Part shown: positions 29,401 through 38,883 of the stretch, one piece after another
Position numbering within the stretch: the first letter of the stretch is position 1
Layout: the number at the start of each line of letters is the position of its first letter
Assembly (NCBI GenBank): GCA_041752695.1
Contig: JBGSVZ010000031.1
Location: forward strand, 64,001 to 128,000
Direction: 5' to 3'
Length of the DNA stretch: 64,000 nucleotides
Source of the DNA: Terrimicrobiaceae bacterium
GTDB taxonomy: Bacteria; Verrucomicrobiota; Verrucomicrobiia; Chthoniobacterales; Terrimicrobiaceae
Position numbers and translations under genes: made by a program
The notes under the pieces: generated by a model
Databases searched by the model: none
What the model was told of the DNA's origin: nothing
Seen by the model: the letters and a program-made list of their open reading frames with translations, nothing else

Positions 29401-29580
29401 TTGGGCCACGAGTTCCGCACGGTCGGCTTTGGAATAGCCCGAGGAAAGCGTTCGATCAAACCGCGCGGTCACGGTGAAACCCAGCACCAGCACGGAAAGC
29501 AGCACGATGAGCGACAGGGTAATGACCAGCGCCATGCCTCCGGGACGCGAACGGCGAGGAATGCAGGGACAGTTATTCAT
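26455..29580 (-). CDS. Verru_Chthon cassette protein A-like large PilX/GspK-type protein
   Basis: GMALVITLSLIVLL, RFAYWIDVENTRINL, VDDPR, GTINPN, RLTTQASAFGIWGVAQ...VTGEKR. True start ATG 29580 (TAATG overlap). Confidence 0.85.
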   Translation of the reverse strand: MNNCPCIPRRSRPGGMALVITLSLIVLLSVLVLGFTVTARFDRTLSSGYSKADRAELVAQSAMNHAQALLASNIPDVGPNAPATPTHWWVAPGRLWTQAGNTPPTAVNLYSGDSTNANDPNLNRQRIDGTYPIEPTGTPMRVAWIPVGKDPSLPVSTANPMVARFAYWIDVENTRINLRTARLGNGTRSELALSGTSYVPAVNRNTAFTPAGSVFGGLAPGSPGVVDISGLTGGSNATGLPDPTGTMQISNPREYRQFFASDSTWNAFFNANQFDLSVWGESPEFNALAKNRMSSVQFRNKTLPGFQFYWDLDDPNQIMAEPMTMGGGSYPPGTGPAVNEFAYYKNSVQALADAFQSTQWPGYSGSSLAAKWAARAGLPAADSAKLAEQVAWNMLTAHAFLMRGGSIRNEVFGLGNYGRTGAGTTGEPQAKSDLFPSVSTSSTGGRYLAQSGNPYVSELGLELNWETAGTNKNVRVRLVGELFTGSQVNIADVSTLTGTDAGILLRDSASPTTGVYLIPTAASFEIPSAATTVTAGSTAFPGWTITASGANLVFTLSNPNPLLGSANWTPAGRNGRLSAEPTPLATSTLRLPANSYQAFRSEDVTTPSAINPSFLIPLTASTTTITLSNVQLKVIAVKEPSNIDQYKIFQYCPLQDTALTAGNLLTVNPQNPLIVLGNLTVADGQTNRAFTVEVDDPRRCALSDAWTVCTTAGTTFPGTNTLGAKNSNWPAISPEIRALSFVTLGGNPSATGYYTTNPGEQGTVYSPGQLANLWTAPPYIIPATGDLYLNLTSSDTGIPDHLALELINSEPGMALGSNQGTINPNTRIHPTSWGIPSRTKALDALFRRWRIGGTNVNSTALAASIASTMPADGYKYRGELIPLLETGGGVLGGTATKWEKQALISALAGRLTTQASAFGIWGVAQTVQQSTNGAIVVTGEKRFFGVIRRRPYTGVDGVYGNAKSDAVGTFTETIRGGGGFVGPLFGLMRDTFDGPDAVPVPSPASVPTPDETSSTQTVRAAFNPLKPYLTTETSYFEYLDP

Positions 29581-30572
29581 TAGCGGGAACCTCTCAAGAT
29601 GGGGAAACGCCGGGTCACGATCACGTATTGTTTCACCTTCCCGCCCAAGGTGTCTTTCAATTCCGTGAGTGCGTTCTGGAAGGCGGCATCGGAGTTGTCG
29701 GCCGGCATGGTGATGGCGGGCACGGCGTTTTGTTCTTTCAAACGACGAAACGCATTGGCTTCGCAGGCCACAAGAGTCACTTCGATTTCCGAGGGCAATC
29801 CATCCGCCACCGGCCACCAGGATGAATTGTAGGCGCGGATCGTGTTGACACCTGATGTGCTGGTCGGCGCGGTTGATTGAAGCAAAGGTGAGGGCAGGGG
29901 AGTCCCGTCCCTGCCGATGGGCCGAACAACGAATCCGATGACCCGTTCGGCCACGGTGGAGGTGACGTTCGCGTCTGTCGAGGCCGCCGCAAATCCGCTG
30001 CCGCTGGCAGGATTTAGCCACGATACCGGTTGGATGAAGTTGGCCAGCTTCGCATCGCGACCAGGAGGGTTGTTGGAGACTGAAGTGTGCCACATTGAAT
30101 AGACAGGAAGATTGGCCGCCGCCATCGCGGGATACGTCGTGTCCGCCGATGTCACGGCCACGCGCCGGAGGGTGTTGTCGTTGGCTGTGAAATATCCGAC
30201 GCAAACCAGCGGCCCTTTGGCAGTGCTGCGGAGAGGAGCAAAGAAGAAAAGGGAGTCCATGGGCACGTCGTCGGCGTCCTTCAGCATCGTGGTGTAACCA
30301 GCCAGCGGAGGATTCACGACCAGCGGGGAACTGGCATAACTTTTAAAATTCCCCTGCATCCCCGCCGGCAGCGCCTCTGCGACGCTCAATTCCCGCCCGA
30401 TCATCTCCACGACCGCGCGGGCGGTCTGGGAGAGCTCCGCGCGCTGATTGCCCGCCGACCAGACCTGCGAGACGTTGCCCAGCAGTCCCACGACAAGGAC
30501 GACGATCAGGGCAAGGATCGCCATGGACACCAGCAGTTCGATCAGGGTGAACGCCTGGCGGAATGGTTTCAT
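29580..30572 (-). CDS. Verru_Chthon cassette protein C-like prepilin
   Basis: QAFTLIELLVSMAILAL; LFFFAP; VGYF; LPSEIEVTLVA. Confidence 0.85.
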   Translation of the reverse strand: MKPFRQAFTLIELLVSMAILALIVVLVVGLLGNVSQVWSAGNQRAELSQTARAVVEMIGRELSVAEALPAGMQGNFKSYASSPLVVNPPLAGYTTMLKDADDVPMDSLFFFAPLRSTAKGPLVCVGYFTANDNTLRRVAVTSADTTYPAMAAANLPVYSMWHTSVSNNPPGRDAKLANFIQPVSWLNPASGSGFAAASTDANVTSTVAERVIGFVVRPIGRDGTPLPSPLLQSTAPTSTSGVNTIRAYNSSWWPVADGLPSEIEVTLVACEANAFRRLKEQNAVPAITMPADNSDAAFQNALTELKDTLGGKVKQYVIVTRRFPILRGSR

Positions 30573-31138
30573 CGGTCGCCCTCCAGACTTTTTCGATAGA
30601 TTTTTTTTCCCAGCAGGAATCCAAAGTTGGATGTTCGTGCGCCTGTCGGAACGGCACCCGTGGCGGAGTCAACCGGCCAGCTAATGGTCAGACTGACGGC
30701 CCGCAGTTCCTTAGGTGAAACGCCCTGACTGGAAACGCCCGATGCCAGCGGGGCGGCGGGGGGCTTCGCGACGGCTTCGGCCAGAAAAAACGGGGTTCTT
30801 GCGGGGTCGGGCGTGGCCGGGACCGTATAACCAAGAAAGATCCCCTCCTGGGTGAAATAATAGCGCTTCGTGACCCCGGTGGAGAGGTTGGCGGGATTGA
30901 AGGGGGATACCACCGTGGCGGAGGGATCCTCCGCGGAAAAGGCGTCCGTCTCCAAGTCGGAGAAAACGAAGCGGGCGACCAGACCGCAGGCCGTTTCTTC
31001 CTTGGCTTCGCGGGCCGCTCCCAAGCCCACTCCCATTAGTCCAAGCAAGGCCAAGCCGGCCACGGCGATGACGCCGATGGCAATGACGATTTCCACCAGG
31101 GTAAATCCCCGGGATGGTGGGCGGGAGAGGCGGCTCAT
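30569..31138 (-). CDS. Verru_Chthon cassette protein B-like prepilin
   Basis: RGFTLVEIVIAIGVIAVAGLALLGLMGVGL; YFTQEG; LTISWP. Confidence 0.85.
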   Translation of the reverse strand: MSRLSRPPSRGFTLVEIVIAIGVIAVAGLALLGLMGVGLGAAREAKEETACGLVARFVFSDLETDAFSAEDPSATVVSPFNPANLSTGVTKRYYFTQEGIFLGYTVPATPDPARTPFFLAEAVAKPPAAPLASGVSSQGVSPKELRAVSLTISWPVDSATGAVPTGARTSNFGFLLGKKIYRKSLEGDR

Positions 31139-31283
31139 GCAAAAACTTAGCGGATCTGTCCTCCAAAGGTTCGCGCATTGGCGGACAATACATGCCGGTT
31201 TGCACGGAAGACAGCAGGTCGCTCCTGGGGGTTGAACATGTATTTACATTATATACTCTTCCCGGGTCTTAAAGGTTCGCTTT

Positions 31284-31299
31284 GCTTAAACTATCTAGC
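31284..31299. promoter_or_regulatory. 16-bp island operator upstream of the B-C-A cassette
   Basis: GCTTAAACTATCTAGC; weaker copy ATTTACATTATATACT at 31242-31257. Confidence 0.7.
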
Positions 31300-32379
31300 G
31301 ATTTTGCGTTCGGCTTTGGCTGGTCGGGTTTTGCGGGATCCGAGGGACTGTCCTTCCCGCCAGGTCGGCGGAATATACGTGGCTTGCGACCGTTCGGATG
31401 GTCCAGTGACGTTGGCGAGAATCAACTTGTGAAGATTTTCCATGGCCACGCTGCCGACGCCGTGCCGGTCTTGCAGAATTCCGCTCACCGTGTGATCCTC
31501 AGGCACGGCGTCGAGCGTGCAGACATCGGTTTTTTTGACCAGAGCCGGGTAGTCTTTTGCGAGCCACTGAAACAGGGAGCTCGCGCGCCCCGCCGAGATA
31601 AGCACATCCGGCTTGTGCGTTTTCAAAAAAGAGGCGATTTCCTCCCGCCAGGGGGCCTGTGGCGAAAAATTCACCTCGAAATCGCAAGGTTCGGGGTTGC
31701 CCTGGCATTGTCGCAGCCCAACCAGATACCCGCCGAGAATTTCATGTTGCAGAAAAGCCGGGAACGAGGCGGGCATGAGCAGCGCCGGGCGCTTGTATCC
31801 CTTGCGCCCAATCTGCCGCATCGCCTCCCAAGAGCTGTGAAAGTGATCGCCGCAGACAATCGGGAGGGGAAGTTTCGAATCCCGCGAGACAATGCCAAGT
31901 CCGACGGCGGGAACGAACCCCCAGTCCGCTTTCAGCTGCGAGGGTTCGGAGTCGAGAAACTGAAAAATGATTCCCCGGATGCCCCGGTTCTTGATCACGC
32001 GCATCACCCGCGCCTGGTCCGCTTCCTGGAAGTTCGTAGAGAATGTGTCCAACCCATATCCGAGCCTCTCCGCCGTCTCACGGATCCCCGACAGTTCCTC
32101 CCGCGTTTCCCGCTCCGGCACTGCGAACTCCTCCGGCTTGACGTACACCACGGCGATGACACTGCCGGCCGGACGCACCCGTGAGTCCTGCCGGTAGGCG
32201 ACAAGCGCAGAAAGTGCGGGATCCGGTTGGTAGCCCATGCTAGCCGCAAGTTTTTGCACGCGCATGCAGGTAGCCTTTCCGATCCGGGGATGGTCGCGCA
32301 GCGCCATGGAGACGGCGGCAATGCTCAGTTTTGCTTCCTGGGCGATACGTTTTAGGGTCACACGCGGAGAGGGGTTCAT
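31291..32379 (-). CDS. LacI-family transcriptional regulator
   Basis: VTLKRIAQEAKLSIAAVSMALRDHPRI...GYQPDP; RGIRGI; GYKRPAL; PPTWREG. Confidence 0.92.
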   Translation of the reverse strand: MNPSPRVTLKRIAQEAKLSIAAVSMALRDHPRIGKATCMRVQKLAASMGYQPDPALSALVAYRQDSRVRPAGSVIAVVYVKPEEFAVPERETREELSGIRETAERLGYGLDTFSTNFQEADQARVMRVIKNRGIRGIIFQFLDSEPSQLKADWGFVPAVGLGIVSRDSKLPLPIVCGDHFHSSWEAMRQIGRKGYKRPALLMPASFPAFLQHEILGGYLVGLRQCQGNPEPCDFEVNFSPQAPWREEIASFLKTHKPDVLISAGRASSLFQWLAKDYPALVKKTDVCTLDAVPEDHTVSGILQDRHGVGSVAMENLHKLILANVTGPSERSQATYIPPTWREGQSLGSRKTRPAKAERKIAR

Positions 32380-32417
32380 CGGAAAAATCTATGAATGACC
32401 ATCTCACGTCTGGCAAT

Positions 32418-32433
32418 GGTGAATAATGTAAGC
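32418..32433. promoter_or_regulatory. 16-bp operator just upstream of lacI (autoregulatory candidate)
   Basis: GGTGAATAATGTAAGC, 13/16 identical to the 53681 copy, adjacent to TTGCCA on the minus strand. Confidence 0.65.
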
Positions 32434-32598
32434 GGAAATAGCGCGTTCTCCTCAGCCGCCAGGGACGCTTTCCACTTGGTGACTAAAACCACCTATTCCG
32501 TTGAGTCAGCGCTACGTGCGCAACAACTAGCTGGTCACTGATCAGTGAGGAATCGTGCCATCCGTGGCTCTAATGAACTCTCTCCCTCACCTCGTTGC

Positions 32599-32614
32599 GC
32601 TTAATAGTTTCATC
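32599..32614. promoter_or_regulatory. 16-bp operator upstream of the PEP-CTERM gene
   Basis: GCTTAATAGTTTCATC; first 14 bp identical to the 25570 copy. Confidence 0.72.
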
Positions 32615-32714
32615 ACAAAAAGCGTGGTGTTCTTTTCCGACAGTGCCAGATTTGCAGAAGTTCAGAAGTGAACTGCTTCACCCCGCAATCCCATCCACCC
32701 AGAAAGTCATGATT

Positions 32715-34334
32715 ATGAAACCCACCCTGAAATTAACCTCGATCGCAGCTGCTACAGGTTTAGCAGGCCTACTGCTTGCTGGAAATCTTCACGCCGTCGC
32801 TTATGCTTGGGATGGTAATGGGAGTCCAAACACAGGAGGTGACTGGACCACTGTCAATTTGTGGAATCCTGATGGTATTCCTGGAACGCTCGCAGCAGAT
32901 ACGGCCACGCTCGGCGATGTCACCGCTGGCACTCGCAATGTCACGCTGAGTACGCCGCAAACAATTGCGGCATTTAATCTAACGCAAACGACTGCGGGCG
33001 TCGTGAACAAGTTCACTTTGACGAGCACTCTGACGACAGCAGCTCACACATTTTCCAACGTCACTGCTGCAAATGTCGGCACGCTTGTCATGGAGTTGGG
33101 CACGAACGGAGTTTTTATATCAAATTCAAGCAACTATACAGGAACTATCGATTTTCTTGGCAACGGTAGCAGCATCACTAAAGTCGCTGGTGGCACCGTC
33201 AACTTGGGCAATGGACAAAACGGTGCTGTCACCGTTGACGTTGGTGCCGGAAATCAGGCCTCGATTGCGAGGTCACTCGCAGCCGCTAACGTCAACCATA
33301 CCGTCCAGGTGATTGGCAATACGGCAGGATCACGAGTTGCAACACTTGATGTCAAAACAGGTTCGCTTTTGATTGTAGGAACGACCTCGTCCAACTTCGG
33401 GGGATCGTCCGTATCTTTAATCACTGGTGACAATGCGACGACGACGGTTCGCGCTGGAGCTGAAATAAAAGTGGAATCAGGGGCTGCTGCGGGAGCGACA
33501 AACTCGACAACAGTCGGTTCTACTGTTAACGCTGGTGGAACTTTCATCCACAGCGGCACGGTCTCGTTCAGAAACCAGAATAACATTGCCGCCGGAACGA
33601 TGATTATCGCGAACAACGCGCTTTACACGGTCGGAAGCAATTCAGCGGCATTCATTCGCAGTGCCGGATCGAATACCAACGCGGCGGGTGCCTTGACCTT
33701 CAACAACAGCGTGACCGGAACTTTCACGAGCGCAGGAGGCGGCGCGGCCAGTGCTTTGAGCTACACCAATAACGGAAGTGTTGGTTCTGCCTTTACAAAT
33801 CTCACTTTCAACAACCTGGGAACGATTGCGGTTGGGGGAACGAGCACTTCGGGTCTCGCAGGTGTAGGATCACTTGCTCTCACGAATGTGGCCATGTCCA
33901 CCAGCGCAGCCAATGCCAACACAATGGCCTTTCAGGTTGGAGGCAGCACGGCGGGAACATTTGACGCCATCACCTTCTCCGGTGGTTCGCTCGGGTTGGC
34001 GAGCTCGGCAGACACGTTGACGCTTTCCCTGGTCAATAGCTTCTCGCCGGTTAGCAACTTCAGCATCTCGCTCCTCGACTTTTCTGGCGGTGCGACTTCA
34101 ACCGGCGCATTTGATTCCATCACCGGCATAGGAGCGGTTTCAGCTTCATCAGCCGTTGATGTGACGGCGGCTCTTGGGAGCTTCACCGCAGGGGATTCAT
34201 GGACCTTCAATAATAACTCGGCGACTGCGGATTTCGGAACTCTGACCTATGCGGTTCCCGAGCCAACCACCTGGGTGCTCCTGACTGGCGGATTGACCAC
34301 AATGGTGGTCCTCCGCCGTCGCCGCAACAGCTGA
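32715..34334 (+). CDS. PEP-CTERM surface protein with Gly/Thr/Asn-rich beta-helix-like body
   Basis: Signal peptide; C-terminal VPEPTTWVLLTGGLTTMVVLRRRRNS. Confidence 0.93.
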   Translation: MKPTLKLTSIAAATGLAGLLLAGNLHAVAYAWDGNGSPNTGGDWTTVNLWNPDGIPGTLAADTATLGDVTAGTRNVTLSTPQTIAAFNLTQTTAGVVNKFTLTSTLTTAAHTFSNVTAANVGTLVMELGTNGVFISNSSNYTGTIDFLGNGSSITKVAGGTVNLGNGQNGAVTVDVGAGNQASIARSLAAANVNHTVQVIGNTAGSRVATLDVKTGSLLIVGTTSSNFGGSSVSLITGDNATTTVRAGAEIKVESGAAAGATNSTTVGSTVNAGGTFIHSGTVSFRNQNNIAAGTMIIANNALYTVGSNSAAFIRSAGSNTNAAGALTFNNSVTGTFTSAGGGAASALSYTNNGSVGSAFTNLTFNNLGTIAVGGTSTSGLAGVGSLALTNVAMSTSAANANTMAFQVGGSTAGTFDAITFSGGSLGLASSADTLTLSLVNSFSPVSNFSISLLDFSGGATSTGAFDSITGIGAVSASSAVDVTAALGSFTAGDSWTFNNNSATADFGTLTYAVPEPTTWVLLTGGLTTMVVLRRRRNS

Positions 34335-34391
34335 GCTTCACTAAATAATTCATGTGGGGGGAGTCCTCTGGTTGAGGAACCACAGGACAAC

Positions 34392-34429
34392 GAAGACCCG
34401 GTCTGCTGAAAGGCTGGCCGGGTTTTTCT
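34392..34429 (+). terminator. Intrinsic terminator after the PEP-CTERM gene
   Basis: GAAGACCCGGTC...GGCCGGGTTTTTC. Confidence 0.6.
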
Positions 34430-34558
34430 GTAAAACGCAAAGTTAAAAAAGTGGAGCAGACGTTTCGCCTGCCCGCGGCAACATTTAGAGTTATCCAAAT
34501 GATGGCAGCTAAACCCCTGGCGGTCAGAATGTCGTCCCGTTTCTCCGGGATCTTCCCG

Positions 34559-37099
34559 ATGCCCAATATAGTGAAGCACTCGCCCCGGTTCTCGTCCGTT
34601 CTTATTCTTTTGGTAGTCTCTGTCTGGGGGTTGACCCTCCCTGACAGTTTTGCCGGGGTCCTTTTTTCCTCGGAATTTGATACGGCGGCCGAACGGTGGG
34701 CAGCAATTTCCGCGACCGGCACCGGAGCCTCGGTCACCACCGCATGGGTCGTCGATGCCGGAACTTCTGATCCTTCTGGCGGGAACGAGTTTGTTGGCAT
34801 TTCCTCCTCCGCTCTGGTTGTTCGTGCCGTCCCTTCCGGCAACCCTCCTGATTGGAATGCCGTGGTTGCCAGTGGTCCGCTCCAGATTGGCAATACGGAA
34901 CAGGATCTCCGCAAGCTCACCCTGAGTTTTGACCTGAAGCCGAGCTCCGTGAAGCCGGTGAGGGTGGAAATTCGCTCCCTCGGCAGCTCGAATGAAGTGT
35001 TGGGCTCCCGGTCCTGGGAAGTCATCCCGCAGGTTGCGAATGGTTTTTTTCGATACTCCCTCGATCTGAGTGATTCGGTTCTTTCCGGGACATTTTCTCC
35101 GACAAATGGGCGGGTTGAAGTGGCTATCAGCTTCGGTAGTGGGATGGGATGGAACAAACAAGGCGAGCAAACCCTCGCCATCGATAATATCTCCTACACG
35201 TCGCCAACGTTTTATGTGAGTCCGACACTCGGTTCGGATTCTCTCCCAAACGGTCTGGGACTTTCCGAAGCCAGGCCTTTCCGGAGCCTGGGATTCACCC
35301 GACAGCAATTGGCGGCTGGTGATGTGGTCTGCCTGATGAACGGTGACTACACCGGCGCTTATGTGGCTCTGGAGCTGATCTCGGAGAAAGGCACTCCGGC
35401 CAAATGGATCGTGCTGCGTTCATCTCCCGGTCATACCCCGAAAATCAAATCAACAGGATGGCATGGGTTTCAAATCACGGCTCCCTCTTGCTACGTGGAG
35501 ATTCGTGATCTCACCTTTGAGGGAAATGTGCCGGATATTGGTTCGAGTGAATGGGCTGACATGCTGGAGGCGGCGACAACCGATGGCCGGATCCTGAGCG
35601 GCGGACAACGAAACCGCAGCTTCAACACCAATGCGATCACGATCAACGGACGATTGAATGACCAGGCGAAGGGAGCGCACCACGTGCGGATCATGAGAAA
35701 TCGGATCAGCCGTTACCCGGGTGCCGGCGTGGGGGTTTTGAATGCCGATTATGTGACCATTGAAAACAACATCATCAGGGACACCAACTGGCTGAGTTCG
35801 TTCGGGGGCAGTGGCATCAGCCTGCTGCATTCCTGGAATTTTGATCAGCTGGGAAATCACAAAAGTTTCATCGTGGGAAATGAATGCAGTAACAATCGGT
35901 GTTACGTCCCTTGGAACAACAACGGGAGTATCCGTTTTTCCGACGGAAACGGGATCATTATTGATACCAACTCGCGCGGCCAATACAGCAAAGCCTCGCT
36001 GGACGGGTACTCCGGTCGCACCTTGATGGCAAATAACCTTGTTTATGGCAGCGGTGGGGCAGGAATCGCAATCACCAGCAGTTGGAAAATCGACATCATC
36101 AACAATACCGTTTATCACAACGTTCAGACTGAGGGGCTCAAGCGGGACTTGGCGGCCATTCCGCCTCGCTATGATTGGGGCGATTTGCAAATCTCCGCTG
36201 TCAATGACGGGAATCCCGCGACTGCGGCGGACAATAATCTCTTTTCGCGGGATGTTCGAGTCCGGAACAATATTTTCTGGGGAGATGAGGATCGTTCGCG
36301 GGTCGTGGTTCAGGGTAGTGTCGCCCGGGGCACGACGGATGTGTCTTACAACTCCAATATCTTTTACGGTGACCTCGGGACAGCGAGTATCCCGAGCAGC
36401 CTTGGGGATGGAACGTATACGAACAATCTCAAGACGAATCCTCTCCTCAAAAATCCGCAGTTGGATTCTGCCATCGCGGACTTTACCCCTCAACCCACCA
36501 GTCCTGCGATTGATTTTGCCACCACCTGGCCGGAGGCTCCGGGTTTGGATTTTGTCAGAAATCGCCGTCCTTCCGGCGTGGCGTCCGACGTTGGGGCTTA
36601 TGAAGTGTCACTGGCCGGGCCGGGTCTTTCCGCGCTCCAAGTCTGGCGGGAACTCTATTTCTCTGCTTCGGTCGTGGCGGACTCCGGCCAGGAACGGACG
36701 GTTTGGGGCGACGCAGCGGATCCGGATGGAGATGGCCTGGGAAATCTGTTGGAGTTTGCCATCGATACGGACCCATTGGTGTTTTCTCCCGGTCCTTCGA
36801 TTTCTGGAAAGGCGGACGGAAAATTGAAGCTCACTTTCGCGCGGCTAAATCCTGCGCCGGTGCGCTACATGGTGAGTGCTTCGGAAAACCTGGTGACCTG
36901 GAGCCCGATTGCCACGCTGGAGCCGGACACCGTGAGTTGGAATACGGTTGGTAGTGCCACGGCGAGCGGCACCAATGGTCGCTTGGGTGTGGGCGGAGCC
37001 GTGTTGACTCGGATTATTACGATTTCCGACGGGGTTTCTTTTTCGGAAACTCCCAGACGCTTCCTACGGCTTGGCGTGGAAAAGGTTGCCAGAGAATAG
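34559..37099 (+). CDS. Secreted right-handed beta-helix protein (polysaccharide lyase-like) with DPDGDG C-terminal module
   Basis: FYVSPT.GSD..GLSEARPF, DGNGIIID, NNLVYG/NNTVYHN repeats, SPAID, DVGAYE, DPDGDGLGNLLEFA, RFLRLGV. Confidence 0.8.
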   Translation: MPNIVKHSPRFSSVLILLVVSVWGLTLPDSFAGVLFSSEFDTAAERWAAISATGTGASVTTAWVVDAGTSDPSGGNEFVGISSSALVVRAVPSGNPPDWNAVVASGPLQIGNTEQDLRKLTLSFDLKPSSVKPVRVEIRSLGSSNEVLGSRSWEVIPQVANGFFRYSLDLSDSVLSGTFSPTNGRVEVAISFGSGMGWNKQGEQTLAIDNISYTSPTFYVSPTLGSDSLPNGLGLSEARPFRSLGFTRQQLAAGDVVCLMNGDYTGAYVALELISEKGTPAKWIVLRSSPGHTPKIKSTGWHGFQITAPSCYVEIRDLTFEGNVPDIGSSEWADMLEAATTDGRILSGGQRNRSFNTNAITINGRLNDQAKGAHHVRIMRNRISRYPGAGVGVLNADYVTIENNIIRDTNWLSSFGGSGISLLHSWNFDQLGNHKSFIVGNECSNNRCYVPWNNNGSIRFSDGNGIIIDTNSRGQYSKASLDGYSGRTLMANNLVYGSGGAGIAITSSWKIDIINNTVYHNVQTEGLKRDLAAIPPRYDWGDLQISAVNDGNPATAADNNLFSRDVRVRNNIFWGDEDRSRVVVQGSVARGTTDVSYNSNIFYGDLGTASIPSSLGDGTYTNNLKTNPLLKNPQLDSAIADFTPQPTSPAIDFATTWPEAPGLDFVRNRRPSGVASDVGAYEVSLAGPGLSALQVWRELYFSASVVADSGQERTVWGDAADPDGDGLGNLLEFAIDTDPLVFSPGPSISGKADGKLKLTFARLNPAPVRYMVSASENLVTWSPIATLEPDTVSWNTVGSATASGTNGRLGVGGAVLTRIITISDGVSFSETPRRFLRLGVEKVARE

Positions 37100-37224
37100 G
37101 AATTAGAGCGGAGTCGGCCTCATCCACATGTCCGAACTCATCTTCGATGATCTGATCTAGGCGTTTGAGCTCGGCACGCCTTTCCGGATCGTTGGCCATG
37201 CAGCCATAATCTGGGAGGTGGTTT

Positions 37225-38808
37225 TTAAGGCGCGATCTGACGGAGAGCGCCGATGGCCCAGGGGGCGAGTTGGCGCTGGTAGCGGAGAACCCCCGTTTGA
37301 TCGGCGTGCAGCGTGAGCCGCTCAGTCGCTCGCGCCGTGGCATGGAGCGCGGCGGTTTGCTCGCGCGTTGGCGGTTCGGGTGAACCCATGCGTTCCCAGG
37401 CATGCAGCGCATGGCCGTGCGCGGAGTCGCAGACTTCCAGCTCGAAGGCGGTGCCGGGCGCGAGGCCGGAGAGTTCGATTTTCAACTCGCCGGGCGTGCC
37501 GGCGTCAAAGTCCGCGCGCGAACGATCGCGGGTGTAGCTCACGTTGGGAGTTTTCAAGAAGCCGTCGGCATAATTCCAGATGACGGCGGCTAGGCGACCG
37601 TCCGCATGGCGGCTAAGCAGCCAGCCTTCTTCGGCGGCGAGGCGCTCAGTGCCAAGAGCGTGGAGAAAGCGGTAGGCGTGATAGGCCGGCTTGGGTAAGC
37701 CGTGGAAGTTCACGAGGCCGAAGCCGCCGTGAAAGGTGGCGGGGCCGGCACCGCTTTCTTCGAAGATGTCGCTGAAGACCCAGTAGCTCAGTGAGTCGCA
37801 GAGACCGGAAGCCTGGAGATTGGCACGGAGGAGCCAGCAGGCGGCGGGCAACTCGTCGTGGCCGTGGTCGCGGGACGTGGGCGACGTGCTCCATTCCGTG
37901 CAATGGATTTTCGCGGCAGGATAGGCACTCGCCCGAACCAGAGCCTGAAGGTGGGTGAGGTCGTGGATGGTCGCGTCCCGGTGCCGGGTGAAGTGGATGG
38001 AGCTGCCGTCGAGATCCAGCGCGCCTTCCGTCGGATACGGATGCATGGAGATGAAATCGACGGGGAGTTTTCGCGCCGCGCAATCGCGGAGGAAACGCTC
38101 GATCCAGACCGGACGCCACGGGAGAGTCTCGTCGGGCACGTCGGTGGGCGTGAGGAACGACATATCCCAGCGCTCGCCGTCGGAGCGCTCATCGGGCACG
38201 AAGTTGCTGGTCGAGGGACCGCCGACCTGGATGGAGGCGTCCACGCCTTTTACGGCGGTGACGGAGGCGGCGTAGAGATCGACGTATTCGGAGTAGGTGC
38301 CGTCGAAGAAGGCATCGAGGTTGGGCTCGTTCCAGACCTCGAAGGGCCAGGTGCGGACTTCGTCGATGCCGTAGCGATCCACCAAGTGTTGGGTGAAGGC
38401 AGTGATGAGGGCTCTCCAGCGGCCCATGTCGGTGGGCGGGGAGCCGTTGCCCTTCCACCAGAAGACGGTGGCGGTTTTGCGCGCGAGGCTCTTCGGCATG
38501 AAGGCGAGCTCGACGAAGGGCTTTACGCCGAGTTCGAGCAGGCGGTCGTAGAGGGCGTCCACGTAGTGCCAGAGATACTGGTCTTTGCCGTCCTTTTGGC
38601 GGAGCACGAACATGTCGTCGTGGAAAATGCCGTGGAAACGGATGGACTCGAAACCGCAGTCGCGTTTTGCGGTGGCGAGCTGCTCCTGCCAGTCGGCGCG
38701 CAGGCCCTCGTTGGCGCGGCCGGCGCCCACACAGACGCTCCAGACGTGGGGCAGGGGAGTGCCGACAGCGGCAGGGGAGGCGGAGGCGTGGAGGTGAAGT
38801 TGGCTCAT
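37225..38808 (-). CDS. GH39 beta-xylosidase-like glycoside hydrolase
   Basis: IRFHGIFHDDM, PFVELAFMP, FEVWNEPN (acid/base), HCTEW (nucleophile), FHGGFGL. No signal peptide. Confidence 0.92.
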   Translation of the reverse strand: MSQLHLHASASPAAVGTPLPHVWSVCVGAGRANEGLRADWQEQLATAKRDCGFESIRFHGIFHDDMFVLRQKDGKDQYLWHYVDALYDRLLELGVKPFVELAFMPKSLARKTATVFWWKGNGSPPTDMGRWRALITAFTQHLVDRYGIDEVRTWPFEVWNEPNLDAFFDGTYSEYVDLYAASVTAVKGVDASIQVGGPSTSNFVPDERSDGERWDMSFLTPTDVPDETLPWRPVWIERFLRDCAARKLPVDFISMHPYPTEGALDLDGSSIHFTRHRDATIHDLTHLQALVRASAYPAAKIHCTEWSTSPTSRDHGHDELPAACWLLRANLQASGLCDSLSYWVFSDIFEESGAGPATFHGGFGLVNFHGLPKPAYHAYRFLHALGTERLAAEEGWLLSRHADGRLAAVIWNYADGFLKTPNVSYTRDRSRADFDAGTPGELKIELSGLAPGTAFELEVCDSAHGHALHAWERMGSPEPPTREQTAALHATARATERLTLHADQTGVLRYQRQLAPWAIGALRQIAP

Positions 38809-38883
38809 GGAAGTATCAAGTGATTAGCAAAACGGGGTAAGCATGACAGCCCACCTTGCAGTGTCTTTTCGGATCGGCGGGTC

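Noticed and set aside
29581..30204. N-terminal 207 aa of the 1249-aa ORF
   Set aside because: Overlaps cassette C in another frame; the real start is ATG 29580 before the pilin-like leader.
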